From the NCBI RefSeq assembly GCF_001194135.2, contig NC_068981.1, forward strand, positions 166,893,549 through 166,957,548: DNA of 64,000 nt. Reading direction: 5' to 3'. Numbering within the stretch: position 1 is the stretch's first letter; each line of letters opens with the position of its first letter. Origin of the DNA: Octopus bimaculoides. Taxonomy: Eukaryota. Below are positions 24,701-39,529 of this stretch, piece by piece. Below the pieces are notes generated by a model. That model made no database searches. It was not told the origin of the DNA and worked only from the letters and a program-made list of their open reading frames with translations. Made by a program: the position numbers and the translations under genes.

Positions 24701-27169
24701 AATTAACTTTCTTCATTACATACATCAATTCATATCAGTGACTTTATTCCATTGATATAAAAACTTTGATAAATATTAATTAAGCTATCAAAGTGTACTA
24801 ATGTTATTTTATTTCTTTTTCTGTATTCTATTTGTATTGCATGTTTTAATTTCTTTGAAATATTACATAGTATATATTTGTTGGTAATTATAATTTTAAC
24901 TTTGTTTCATAGAATTTCTTTACAAAATACATTAATTTCTCATTCAGTCTTCAACTGGAAGCTCTTAGTGATCATATTGAGATGCCAAGGAAAAACAATG
25001 AGAGATATGAAAAGAATGGAAGAGGTGTATTCAGTGACAGTGTGAAAGGTTTTCATAGTCTTTGTGAATAGTTGTGAAGAAATCTGCTCTTTCTTATGGA
25101 GTACAATAGTCATCGAAATGTGATAACACTGGGAAATGTTTCACATAGAAAAGGTACTACTAGAAGAACAATGAGTAGTCAGTGTTAAAGTTGGTTCCAT
25201 TCAAATAGGAAATATTTTATACATGAATACAAAAGATGCATGCTGATTTAAACTTAATAGCAGAAATGCCACTAACTTCAATTTTGGTACCCAGGGAATC
25301 AATTGTTGAAAAAAAATGACCTTGTGCACATGCTCAAATCAACTTTTCATTGATATAGAAGATAGATTTATACATAATATAAAATGGGTAATTAAAAGTG
25401 AACCGGACACTTCAGAAAATTTGTCCAATGAAAGGTGACAAAACTGAAGGTCATGCCATTAAGTGTTAAATTAACTAACATGTGAATAATATATTTTTAA
25501 TACAATTAATACACAGGTGATCAATACAAAAAGAAAATTGATTGACAAATTAGATGTAATCACTGGCTCTTAACATCTTGAAAATCTCTGTGTATTATGA
25601 TGTTGTGCAACAATACCAAGTAATGCACTTGGCCCTCTGTATCCTGCTTTTTACCATTTTCAAGTGAAAATCATGTCTTGATTCATTGATTAAACTCAAT
25701 GTACCTGTGATTCATATGCAAAAGAAGTAACTAACTTTGGTGATCTGAATTTGTGATAACATTAGTCAGTTAAATAATAATTTATAAATAAATGCATCTG
25801 TATAAAGATCAGGAAAAAAAGGGGTAGGGTGAAGCATTGGGTTTTGGTTTATAAAATGTTATCAAGAAAGGTATTTTTGAGACTTGGTCAATCATATCTA
25901 CATTGAAAACCACACATGCCACCAAATGCGTTTCAATGTTTGACTCAAAGTAAAAAATAAAAATAGGACACAACCACATGCATTATTTACTGAACCTTTT
26001 TCTGGACTTGGAATTCAATGCACCAATATATGCATACATTCTCTCGCTTCTCCACATTATTCAGTATGTAAGGTGGTTTGACACTCGGTATATCTGCATG
26101 TGTGAAAATAAACTCAGCTACTTGAGCCGAGTTCAGTTCTACTATGAAACAAAATAAATATGCTTTTGATAATATGTCTAAACCTATTACCTGCATTATC
26201 ATATCTATCTAAACCCATTACTTGTATATGCATAAATTTGTTGGTAAAGTGTCTAAAAATTAATTCTACACCTTCTTGCGACTTAATTCTACAAAACCTA
26301 TGTGACTTACAACCATCTGCACTTATGACCATAAGAAATAGAGTACATATTGTGTTTTTCACATTATGTACAATAATTATGGATTAAGCTTTTGTGTTTT
26401 ATATTTTTATAACCTGTTTGAATGGAAATAGTGTTCAAAATATAAATCTTATGACCAGTCAGTTGGAAATCATGATACTGAGAGAATGTTTTGTGTTGGA
26501 AAAATTGAGTGATTGGCATAAGCAAAAAGAGACACTCAACAAAATGCCAAAACAAAACATGTTAAATAATGTACTGTTTCCCCATATGAGCAATTGGTAA
26601 AAGATTTATATGCTTTGATATGAGAATTATATTCAAATGGGGTTGTTACCCTCATGATTATTACAATAAAATCATTAAAGTTATCTATAGATACATATAA
26701 ATATATTTTTCTAAAGCTCCATTTCCCAGCTCCTATGTTTTTTACATCCTGCTGACACTTCTCTGGATGCCTCAAGAAACTGTACCCTAAGTATAAAGGC
26801 AACTGGATATGAAAAGCAATATTTTTAGTGTGCTTAGTTGATGGCACAAAACTTAAGCCAAATGATAATATTTAAATAAAAAGCTATAACAAAAGAAAAT
26901 TTTCTAAGTGTTAAGTTTACTGAAAGAGATGGATGAAATGCATTTGGTTGAAAGAAATATGGTTGAAAAGACCTGGATTTCTTCTTAGGCCAATGATGTT
27001 ACTTCTATAGAACCTTTTCCATATATATATATTAGTGTGAATCTGTAAAGATGGAATTACAAGAAAATGAAAGAAAGTGCTCAGTGATCCTTTGAGATTG
27101 ACCATTTCTGCAGCTGTTTCAGTAAGCTATTTGAAACACATTGATAATTGTGTAACATGTGAGTGGTAT

Positions 27170-27410
27170 CTGGAACCAAGGAAAGAGTGGGAGGTGCTTT
27201 GAAGTGCCCAGGCTTAGATTATGTTGTACAAGAGATGAAAGTGGCAAAGGAAAGAGTTCCAAATGAAATGGTGCTAAAACTTTTTTAAAAGTGTGACATT
27301 GTCAGTGCAGTAGATGAAATGAGATAAATTGCTATTCAAGGAATTTTTAAGAGGATAAACAAGTGACTAACAGATGAGAATTATTTTGAAATTGGTGTTT
27401 GATATATATA
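27170..27410 (+). mobile_element. Possible ancient LINE reverse-transcriptase N-terminal relic
   Basis: LKCPGLDYVVQEMK (compare KaPGpDgi..EmlK) followed by IAIQGIFKR...ENYFEIG (compare ivpIfKK..NYR.Is). Confidence 0.35.
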
Positions 27411-30400
27411 CAAATTATATTTTGGGGTGTAAAAGTCATGACACAGATTTAGTAGTCATGACTGATTTTCATCTGTAATTCCATGAACTTCTGAAGCTTT
27501 TGTGTAGACATTATAAGTATTTTAAATAAAGTTCCTTAAAATCAATTCATAAATGTTTATTTCATTATACTGGTGTCATGAATTTATATATACATGTCTT
27601 TCAGGTGTGCAAAACATATGCACAGTTTTCTATTGGTCATCTGTAATCCATTAGATTCTTCATTTATTGTCAGTCAATCAGGAATGGCTATTAAAGCACT
27701 GGTTGGTCTGTTTGTTTTGGCCATAGATCATAGCTATATATTTGCATGGTACCTATTTTGGAACCTCTTAGACTGTATTAGAAATTATTGGGATTATTTT
27801 AGTCAACTGTGTTTATTATTTAAACCCAGCTGCAAGTGAACTTATGAGCAATATTCACAAACTGAAACCTCAAAAATGGGGAGCATCACTTGTATACACA
27901 ATAGTATGATGCTATGCATTTTTAAACCATTAACATACTGAGAAATAAGTGATCAGAGTATTTAATCTCATTTACTTTTCTTTTTTAATAGCTACAATTT
28001 TTTGTTCAATAAATACTTGTCATTGTCATTTATAATGTTAATTTGTTTTTAAAATTTTTTTTTTACCTGTGTATACCTAATTGGTTTGTTTTATTATGTT
28101 TGATATTCTTAATTTATTAACAAATGATCAATACTAGAATTTAAGTAAACAAAACAACCCACTTTAGTTATAAGTACTTATTCTAATCTTTTCTAAACTG
28201 AGCAATGAGACACAGATATTTAATAGCTGTTTATAAATTTTTTTGCTTCAGAAATATATTACTAGCTTAACCTCATTCATTTTGCTTTGAATTTATAAAA
28301 TATTATAGTTATTGAATAAATAAAAAGATAATTGAACTAATGTTACTATTTTTAATCAGTTTTATCTGAAGCTGTAGAAATTAAATTAGTGTTCAAACAT
28401 GGGGATCAATTACTTATCAGTTTGTTGCAACAGTTGATTTGTTGACTTTATTAACTATCTACTTATTCCCAATAATTAAATTAAATGTTAAATTTTGTGT
28501 GTGTGTGTGTGTGTGTGTAAGCTTTTTGTGAACTTTTTGAAAGGATAATTGAAATCTATTTAATCAACTGTTAATAAGAAAAATTACTTGGAATGAGATA
28601 TAATTTCTTAAACACTTACATTTATTCTAATTGCCTAGTCCTACCCCACTTCTCTCATGACAGTAATTTTTTTATAATACTTATTGAAATTTCATGTGCT
28701 ATTTGTTGTTATGAATGTTTTTTTTCTTTTCTAGTTTTTGCTAAATAGCTGGACTTTATCTTGATTTACCTCTTCCTTAAAACATTAACCTTTGATTTTG
28801 ATAAATGTTCATTGGGGTGTGTATGAACCATATCTTAACCACATGAACAATAGTCTACACAGAGACACATAAACATATATACTGACAGGCCTCATTCATT
28901 AGCAATATGTACTTCTATCGTTTACTTTTTTTTTCATAAGTATTATTGTTATAGCCAAAAGGACATGGGGAATTTCTTACTACTGTAAATCATCTTATGT
29001 GAAGTGAATAAGTTCATTTGTAAAGGAAATGTAGTCTAGTTACTTTAGGCATAGTCTATAATTTATACACACTCCTCCATATATACATGAATAAAAGAAA
29101 TGTTCAAATAATTTTCTAAATTAAAATGAATTTGATGTCAGTTTTTGGAGAGGGACATCGTTAGTATTTTTCTCTAATTTGAAAGCAAATATCAACCAGT
29201 AAAGCCATAACATTAATAATGATCATTGTCTGAATATAAGTAATTTTTAAAAATATATATTTATTGATTTTCCTTGAATTGAATAACACTAATATATTCT
29301 TAACAGTTTATAAATAGAAATTGTCTCAAGTGGTATTTCTGCAGAAGGTTGTGTGTTTCTAAGTATGTGTGGGTATATATGCAAGCATATACATATATAT
29401 ATAAATTATATTTATGATAACCAGATAAAATATTTCTGTGGTAAAAAAACGGAAATAAAAGGCATAACATTTTTATGAGCAAATAAGTGAAGAAGGAATA
29501 TATGAACACAGCTGTTACTCCTGACACGTTTGCTACTTCTGATGTCATATGTCAATGAAAATTTGTACATTTACCACTTTTTTACATGAATTATAACATT
29601 TTATTGAATTTTTTTCCTCTAATTTTATTATATATTTCATGGAAGATCTAATTTTTGAAATATACTTTTTGTTCCCTATCCCTCAATGTGATATTAACAA
29701 AAATGTTAATTTATAAATTGTGTTAGTTAACATTGATTTATAAAGTGTTACAAATCAATCTATTGTGTACACGTACACTTTTATTTTTTGTTTTCTACCT
29801 AAAGATTTTTCTCTCTATGAACTATTTAAAAGAAAAACTTTATCAATGGTGTAGTTAATATTTACTAATTACTCTTTATAAATTAAGATATATTTATGAA
29901 AGTTTTATTTTCTCTTTTACAACCACAAAGAATATTTTAAAAATCGAAAAACAACTCAAGAAACAAACTATTCTTATTGCTATCTTTGTTTTTGGCATTA
30001 TTTTCCCATCCAGGTGTAGTTTAGTAGTTTAGATAGGTGTGACACATTGCCATTGATCTTAATTCTGCAGCATCTCATCTCATGTTGTAAGATCAAAACT
30101 TTCACAGGCTGAAAATAAATTCATTTTTAGGAAGAAAACCATTGGCAAACTTTCATTTATTTTTGTGTCTCCAAAGCATTAAGGTAATTTTTAAAAATTC
30201 AATTCTGTTAGTTCAAATGAATTGATTTTTCTCTTTTGTGATGGTTAATATCTAACTATTAAAGAAACAAAAAGAAGCTCTCTTCTTAAGATGTCTCAAA
30301 AAATATTAATTTGATCAAGATCATTAAGTAGATGAAAGTCTATAGGGATCTTTGGCGAAGTCTTCTGCAATATTTCTTGAAATAACGTTAATTTTTACCT

Positions 30401-33400
30401 CTTTGTTCAGTTTTGCTTAACACAGCTTTTTTTCCTTTTCTTTTCTGCTTGCTTGAAAGGCTAAACTTGTTTAATCTAGCATGATAGTGTTGTTAAGCTT
30501 TATTTGTAAAGTATTTAGACTATTTCCCTCTGATTTAATCGAGAAGATTCATCCTTCAAGACACATACGCACATGCACGTGTGTTTATGTGTGTGCATTT
30601 AGAAATGAATTAGTTGCTAATAAATTGGTTCAATGATTTCATATTTGAATGTCAAAAAGTAATTATCTTTCTCAAAAATATTAAATTTACTCTTATTGTT
30701 CTCTATTTTTTCCTTTTTTCTTTTCTTTTCATGAAATGAAACTTTAGATATGTAATAAGAAAAAGACTTCATAATTATTAGTGATAGAGTAGAAGCCAGC
30801 TCAGAGTTTTGGAGATTGTTTTGATTTTTTTAATTCACTTCCATTAGTAACTCATTTAAGAAAGGCATGAATGTCACAAATTCACATTGCTATTCCACTG
30901 TAAATTTGAGGTCTTATTCCTATGTAAGAAATATGAGATATATTTTAACTCAGACTTATGACATTGTTTAAAAGTTTCACATTTCTTTCTAACTTATTTC
31001 ACAGTTGTTACACATCATAATTCAAACTATGTAACTGGACAATCTTTGCTTAAGTAGACTGGCATTTCAAGTACTGTTCCTTTTAATTATTATTCCTCAG
31101 TCAATAATTGTTTATATCCTCAACTGTTAATATTAGAAAACAAAGAAATACTATGGAGAGCTTCTTACAAGGTGAAGAGGGACTTAGTTTATATTTCTGC
31201 ATTGTAAGAAGCTTTTCACAATATTTCTTTGTATTCTTATATCGTAATGCTTCAAGCAAACTATAACACTGTTGTTAATGTTAGACCTATGAATTCATGA
31301 TGAATTCTAACTCTTCAGGTTTTATAATTGCTGCTTGTGAAAGTACATTTGTCTTTTATTCTTTTCAGAATATTTATAGGATAATATATAAAGAATATTT
31401 TTCTAACTCCTAAATCTTTTTTGGTATAAAAATGTGCAAAGTTATTGTATATTTTTTCTTTGGTTTGTAATCTGCAGCTATGCATTCAAAATGTGAAAAT
31501 AGCATGAGAACCAATGTTATATAAAGGGTGAAATTATGCATCTATCAACAATTTTTTTCTTGTTGATTTTTATTAGGCCCCTAAGCAATTACTTATCTGT
31601 CTGCATTTAATAATGTTCTTTAACATACAAGCATGTGTGCTTGCACATATGCACCTACACCTTGCACCATACACTAAAAAAATTGACATTGAAAATTGAG
31701 TAAAACTTTTGGTAAAACCTGACCAAAGCTTTTTCATTTTCTAATGATACATGCAATTTGACTAATAGAGTGAAAATATATACAAAATTTTCAAAGTAAA
31801 ACATTAAATTCTTTGATTTTGACAAGTACAAATATCAACTTGGAAACTACATTTCCTAAGTACATTTATTTCAACAAATGTGGAATTGAATGAAATTATG
31901 TCAGAATAAGATTTTCAATCATTTACATATGTTAATTTTCCTTTGTCTGTTTGAAATTTAGATTTTGAAATTATTACATATAAATGAAATATTTTTCTAT
32001 GAAATTGTGATTTTATTCTTTAAAAGTGATATGTTGTAATATGTAGAAAAAATATCAGAATGCTATTCTGCTGCAGGTATTTTGTGCTTATGAGAAATGA
32101 CTGAAGAGTTTATAACGTGATAATTCAGAAATGAGGCAGTGTTTAAAAATGAATGCTGAAAGTCTGTGTAATTATCATGTCATTATAGATATTTTGTTTT
32201 CATGAGAACTGCTTATACTACCGAAGCTCAGACTCACTCACTACTGTGTACCATATTTAAGTAATTGAAATTTTAGAATTGTTCTCTTGTTTATTTGACC
32301 AGGGTTAGTGATTAATAACAATTGTTCTCATCACAAAGGGGGTAATATGAGTTAATTTGAAATATCCTGACTTGTTATATCATGTATACTATTCTCCATA
32401 CTACTACTAGGTATCTCTGAATATTCCCCTCTACTTCGAACCATTGTTATCTGATATAGGATTATCAAAGAGAAATCCACTGATCTTATCTGAAACTCAC
32501 TTCTTTGAGATAAATTTGATAGATATTCAAGTTATTAAATTTTGAATCTCAGAAGACACATTTTGTAGGTTAAGTGGTTAAGTATGAGCTCAAAGTGTTG
32601 AAAATTCCTACAGGAACATGTTTAACTAAGAGCTGTTAAGCCTAGAATTAAGTGGTCAGTTCTACTGAAAATGCATGTATCTCAATTGTACATAAATATT
32701 ACAGTTGATTTGTTTTTGACATTGTCAAAATGAATATCAGTACCTGATCCTAAGAGAGCAAGTCAAGTTAAGCTATTCCATCTTTGTTCATAAGTAAAAA
32801 CAAAACTCAAGAGAGATTATTTGATGAAAGATTGTTTAAATTTTGGAAAAGTAGATACTTTATTCATTTATAAAAATACTTTTCAAAATGTTGTATTACA
32901 AGTTATGGTGTACTAACAATTATTACCATTAAAAATATATATTGATATTTTATGTGACTTGATGTTTCATTTCTTGTATTTTAACTCTGAAGTTATTTTT
33001 AAAAGCAGTTCTCATGTTATTTTTATTACTACACAAACTTTGGCCATTACTTTTATTTATATTTTTTATTACCTAAATAATATAAACACCTATTGTTAAA
33101 GCATATTTACAAGTAAACTCTCATGTCTTTTATACTTAATTTCTCTTGGAAATTTCTCAACTTTCCATTTTCGACAATTGTTGAATAATAACAAAAATAA
33201 TTTGTCTGTAATCCTATTGATATTAATTTAAAACTTCATTTTCAAAAAAATTCAGAGATGTTATATAACATTTCTGTTTTTCATTGGGAATATCAGATTT
33301 CTAACTGGTGTAGTTCTGTGAGCAAGTCACATGGTGATAAAGTAATATAAAGGTTGGGTGACAATAGAAGAGGTAGCAAAAAAAACAAAAACAAAACAAA

Positions 33401-35229
33401 ACCGAACCAATAGGCTTTAATGAAAAGTTACATATAAATTACATTTAACTAGAAGAGAAGCAGGCATGAAGAGAACATGAACTGTGAAGAGTTTCAAATT
33501 GTGAGGAAGTCCTCTTATTAGTAATAAGAAGCCCGGAAACTTAATAAAGTAGTAGTATAAATGAGTCAGAAAATGTCTATTCCTAATTAGAACCATCAAA
33601 AGGAATATCTATAGAAATCAGAATGAGAATTATGGCTATCATTATTGAGATTTTAATGCCCATTTTTTACACTTGCATGGGTGGTGGGGAATCAGTCGTA
33701 TCACGAAACACCTGTCTTTTGTCATCTTTTCTGTGAAGTCCAGTATTCTGAGATCTAAAGAGATGCAAAACAGGCAATTGGTGATATACTGCAGACATAT
33801 CTAAGCATTTAAGGCCAAGAACTACTGAAACTTTGTGGAAATAGTTGTTGAGATGCTGAATGCACTTGGATGGGGTTTTTTCTCCATAGTTATCTCCTTT
33901 ACTGATAAGAATATGCAGGAAAGGTTTATATATAAACTCTGTAGTTTACTGCAAAAGTAAGAGTATCAATCTTTTTGAAATTACAAGCTGATGTATATTT
34001 GATTTAAATATTATTCAGTTTGAGTGTGTTGCTGAGTATTGATTTGTAAAAGCTATATTTAGATAAAAGAATCTGCTTTGCATGTGGTGAACTGTAACAC
34101 ATCACATTTCTTCATCTCTTACTCTTTTTTTTAAATCTCCATTGTTTTTCTCCCACTTTTCTCTTCTCAGCTGATACATGAATACACAATCTGTATAGCT
34201 CTCTTTTTTTCAGCTATCTCTATTGTTCCTTTCATTTAATCTCTTTCATCTACACCCTCCTGTACCTACTCTCCTCTCTTTCTTTGTCTCCCACAGCTAG
34301 ATAATAATGGCTCCAGTTTTTTGTTACATTGTTTTACTAAAATACAATGTAACAAAATTTATTGGCTTATTTTTATTACCTTCTTCACCTCCTAATATTT
34401 GTCAAATCTTTACAATATCTGTCCATTCTGTTGTTGCCATCTGTTTCTTTTGCCATGTCCCTGAATCCTGTCTGTCAATTTTGTCATCCATCTGTTGTCA
34501 CTTGTCCTCTGGATGTAGCCAACTTCATCCAGTCCAACCCAACTCTATTTAAGATTTTGTGAACTAGATATTATCATTTAGTTTTTTGCTTTTAATTTCT
34601 TTTTGTTTTTAATTTCATTTTGTTTTGTGGTCTTTCTTTATTCAAAAACATGTTCCTGGCTTGTTTGTTAGATCTGTTGTTGGGTTATGTTTCTGCTTTC
34701 ATAAAAATTGCAGGGATGATGTGTTGGTTGTAAACTTGTCATTTAAGGCTTAGGTGCATTTTGCTTCTAAAAATGGAACTTACCTTCTTGAAATATTGTC
34801 AGTCAAAGGTAATGTTTTATATTTCTTTACCTGGTTGTGTTGTTATAAGTTGGTTAAAGTAACTTTTTACTATCAACTCATTTTATTAGGGTTTGAAGTC
34901 GATTTTTATATCTTAAAATTTAAAGATCCAAGAAGCAAGAGATAGTTGCAGCCCATAGATGGGTAACTTAGGAGATTCTCATGCTAGATATTAAAAGCTT
35001 TACTAATATCAAGGGCAGATCTCAAGTTCCCAGAAGTGAGACACCACAAGTGTGTGATCTAAGAGAGGGCAATAGAGTAGTAATTGGTAAGGTTGGTCTT
35101 GAAAATGGGACTCATTATTGAGTTTTTATGGAATAAGGCAAACTCCTACTTAGAAAGAAAGCTTGAGTTTGGTGAGCTGGCTCTAGAGTACACTGTTTAA
35201 GAGTAATGGAGAAGAGAACCAAGATGTTT

Positions 35230-35520
35230 ATTAGCTTGTAATGATTGGGAATGTTTATGCACATGGTGAGTGTTCCTATATGATGATGAAAGAGAAGAGT
35301 TTGAAAGGAGTTTGGTTGTGTTTGTGCATTGTGGAACTGAAGTACTAGCTTTATTGGCAGGAGTGATACTTAGAGGACCTACTTGGCCGGAGAGTTGCAG
35401 GTAGGAACTATTTGGTGATATTTTGGTTCTGTGAAGGGAGTGGAGAGACATACTTAGAATGATGGTACCTGTCATATTTTTAATCATCCAATCCATTTCA
35501 CCCCTGAGCAAAAAACATTG
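35230..35520 (+). mobile_element. Ancient LINE apurinic-type endonuclease relic
   Basis: IGNVYAH..[frameshift]..DDEREEFERSL...VLALLAG resembles isvYAP...deeKeeFw..L...vilaGD. The minus ORF 35197-35511 is its shadow. Confidence 0.45.
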
Positions 35521-37146
35521 AAATGGAATAACAATATAACATTGATAGTGTACACTTTACAGAAATATGGTTCATTTAATGATTACGTATAACTTTTATC
35601 TAACTTCTCTCTTGTGTGTGTGTGTGTGTGTGTGTATATCAATAGTATTGATATTGAGTCTTCATTTTTAACAGCATTGCAAATCATATATTGTTAATGA
35701 TAATTTCATAAATACTGCCAGTGATATTGTTTCAAAAATTTGAATTTTAAGTGTATTCCTTTTCTTTATTAAAAATAAAGATCAAAACAAAATATGCAAA
35801 TACAAAGAGTATATAGAAGAGAAAATAGAAGTGGGAGAACCCACATCTTACTTTTTCATTTCCTTCTGTTTGTAAGTTTTGGTTGTCCGAAAATGTAAAC
35901 ATCTATTTGCTGTTCAAAATGAGTAATATAATTTATTTTTGTTATACACAATTTAATTTTTTTATTTTCTGTTTGTTTTTTTTTTTGTATCATTAGTTCT
36001 TTTTTTTAAAAATTCATTTTTTCTTTGCTCTACCCTTCTCCCTGTTTAACTCGTCAAAAATTCATCCCATGAAACCATTAGTTTGAAGATGAAGAAATAT
36101 AAGTAAACCCTGTGAGATTGTGAAAGGTTGCATTCACAGCTGTTTGTCAAAAAATTACTTATCTGTAAATTATGTTCTCTATAATATGGAAATCCTGTTT
36201 CAAATATGCTTATTTTTGTTGTTATTGTGATTGAATGTTTTCTGTTTTAATTGTTGTGATAATTGTTGTTAAAAGCTGTTTTGATCACAAATGGAAAACA
36301 AAACTATAATCAGCTTTAGCTTATAATTTATGCAAACAGCTTTTGAAATCCAATCACAGCAGCCTTTTTGGAATATTGCAAAGCTAAACTTCTTTTTTGG
36401 TCACCTTGCCATAGGTAAATTTTAAATGGTGTTATAGATCATTGTAAATATTTTCAATGCTTAGACATCTTTTTGTTAAATTTATCATTTACCTTTTTCT
36501 ATTTTTACACCCATTTATCTCTGAATTATTAACAGACAGATGAAAATGGCTATGGTAGTAGACCACTGAAATAAATACTTGACAGTATTTAATTTTTGTC
36601 TGTCTTATGAGTTCAAACCCCACATGAATTGATTTTATCTTTCATCCTTCCTTGGTTGATAAAATACACAGTAGTGTACAGAATTCAACTCAGTTGATGT
36701 TCTTTCCTTACAAACAAACAAAAGCTGTTTTTATTGTTCAAGGAATAATGATGTTTGAACTGTGTGCAACTCAGTTTTTATTACTGGTGAAAACTATTAA
36801 CTTCATTTATGTTGCTAAAGCCATTGAGAGAGGTGGTTGTGGGGATAAAGAGCAGTGGTACTTTAATGTACCACTGTTCTTTATCTGACATTTTATGTCA
36901 AAAACATGTCTTTTGTCTTGAGATCAAATCTTAGCAATATCAACTTTGCCTTTAATGTTCAAGATTGACAGATTAGAACCAAAAATAAGTTGTGAAAGAA
37001 ATTTAATTGTAAAGAAAATAGTTGGAGCAGACATTTGGTAGCTTCCTACAAAGTGAATGTTATCTAATTTGGCACATTGTTTTCTTATATTATGGCAGGG
37101 TTCACGTTTGCATTTCAATTTTCTTAATTCAATAAAATGAATAGTT

Positions 37147-37345
37147 GGCAGTGAGCTGGCAGAAACATTAGCATGCCAGGAAAAAAGCTTAGCAGTATTT
37201 TTCTGAGTTCAAATTCTGCCGAGGTCAACTTTGCCTTTTATCCTTTCGGGGTCGATAAATTTATTACCAGTTGCATGCTGGGATCGATCTAACCGACTGG
37301 CCCTTCTCCCAAAATTTCAGGCCTTGTGCCTAGAGTAGAAAAGAA
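37147..37345 (+). mobile_element. tRNA-derived SINE family B (ggcagtgagctggcagaaacattagc...ctgagttcaaattctgccgaggtcaactttgccttttatcctttcggggtcgataaat), best-preserved copy
   Basis: B-box-like gagttcaaattc. Decayed homologues at about 19180, 19340, 19555, 19660, 36560, 37455, 37630, 40610, 47130, 51785, 52700 and 52805 (plus) and 57525 (minus). Confidence 0.85.
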
Positions 37346-39529
37346 TAATATGAATAGTTATGTATAAACTTATTTTGTGCCTATTTAGAAATAATATGAA
37401 TAACAGAAAAGATGAAGGGAGAAATGAAATATTTTGTGGTATTTAATTACATCCCTTTATGTTCTGAGTTCAAATCCTGTCGTATCAATTTCTTGAGGAC
37501 AATGAAATAAATACCACTCAAGTATTAGACTTGATGTAATCTCCACAAAATTTGTGGTCTTGTACCTGTGTTAGAAAACATTTTCATGGTAGAATTAGTA
37601 TAACAGTGGATACCATTACATTGCTGTATTTAGTCATGTCCTGTTATGTTCTCAGTTCAGTTTCCATCAAGGGCAACTTTGTTTTTCATCCTTGTAGGAT
37701 AAATAAATACCAGTCAAGTACAGGGTCATTCTCATTGACAATACCTTTCCCCTATAGCTTCTTGACCTTATACCTATGTAAGAAATGATAATTATCATGA
37801 ATTGATACAAAGTTAGCATTCAGTAGCCAATGCTACTGATCAGGTGAATATCTTGATAACACTGCATTCTTGTGTAATTTTTTAATAACTATTGATTGCA
37901 TCTCTATTCACTACATTTGCACAGTAGTAGTATTAAGAGTTTACTATATCAGGGGGTAATTTTTCTTTGTAATCACACAAAAACTTTTCATCATAGATGT
38001 TTTGTTATTTCACTCTGTAATTGTTTGAATTCACAGAAGGCACTATATTGTGATTGCACTATCATTGTTTATTTTTTTCCCCTTCTCCTCTCAGATATAG
38101 GAGACATTTTTAGCATACTGAAAGTATCCAAAAATATTGCACCTTAACTTTTAGTACACAAGCAAAACTGTGTTATTACACTCTATCATCTGCTTTGGTA
38201 CAGTGTTTGATATCACCTCTTTTTTTTATCACATTCTATATTTTATTATACAGGAAGCTATGCAGGTGAGATATTTATGACTGTAATTGTTCTAATGTAT
38301 AAGAATTTTTTTTACATTGTTTTAAAATACAAATGAAAAACTGAAATATTTTCATACATTCTCTGTTGTTTTGAATATGTATAATTTTGATAAAAATTTG
38401 TAAACTTTTGTTTGGGTTGTGTTAAGAAAAGTTATGGTTTAATTACTATTTACTATCTCTGTGGTTTACTGTTACGAAACTTTTTCTTAAAAGCTCACTC
38501 AAAAATCAAGACATAAATTAAACTCTCATATGTTCAAAATTAAAGCATACCAAAATATTGAAAATAAGTAGAATATAAACAAGGTTACCTTTCAAATATA
38601 TTTATTTTTATCACATTTTCTAATTAGATTGCAGGTTTTTTAAATTTATAATATGGAGTCTGTATTCTAAATCTAATTAAAAATTTTCAGAAATAATCTC
38701 AATTATTTGAAATATTTTGAAGACTAGGATTTTTAAAAAATTATATATGTTGTTCTTTCCTTAAATGCTATTTTGTCAAAGTTAGTCCTCTAATGACCTG
38801 TAAAGTGGTTTTCTTACTGAAATGTACACTCAACAGGAAACAATTTTTGTTTGTCAAAAAGGTATTGTCTGTCACATGCATGAGGTCTTCTCTCAATTTA
38901 ACACATTGTTGCAGTCTTCTAGATCTGTGTGGCGTTGGTGAATAATTGTCTCATTAGCTCCAATGTTGAGTATTTCTCCATTGTCTGTAAAATATGCAAT
39001 ATTTGAATTTACAGATGGGTTGAGTTCAGAGTTGAAAACCAGTTTCTTTCTAATTTTCTATTTTGTATAATTTAATTTTTTTACTTTTTCTTTCAAATTT
39101 TATTGAAATGTGAATTATTTACACTGGGTTATATTTTCTAACTTATAAACTGTAATATACTTACCACAGTGTTTTGTTGTCCATACAGAAAAGGCACTGT
39201 TGCTTTACCATCCAATCTATTAATCTGATTAGATTATAGACGACTGTTTTTCTTATCCTTTCATCAACTTTCTCCTGCTATTTCCTGTTGTCCATTAGTC
39301 CACAGTAGTGGTTACTCCCTGTACTCTTCACTTAAGAAGGTACCATCACTGTCAGGAGAAAGGCAATCCATTTGCATGATTAAAAATAAAAACAAGCCAA
39401 GAAAAATGTTGTGTTTGTTTGTAATGATATAAGGAAATTTTTAATGTTTTTGCTTGAACCTTGCATCTCCATTTGTTGGGCATCGCCTAGAAAATTTAAG
39501 TATTTTCTCTTGTCATAACAAACTAACAT

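Noticed and set aside
26580-26790. Mab-21/cGAS- or OAS-like motif (PFPSSYVFYILLTLLW) in an interrupted plus frame
   Set aside because: One short motif with stops on both sides and no nucleotidyltransferase catalytic motif; not supportable without a profile search.
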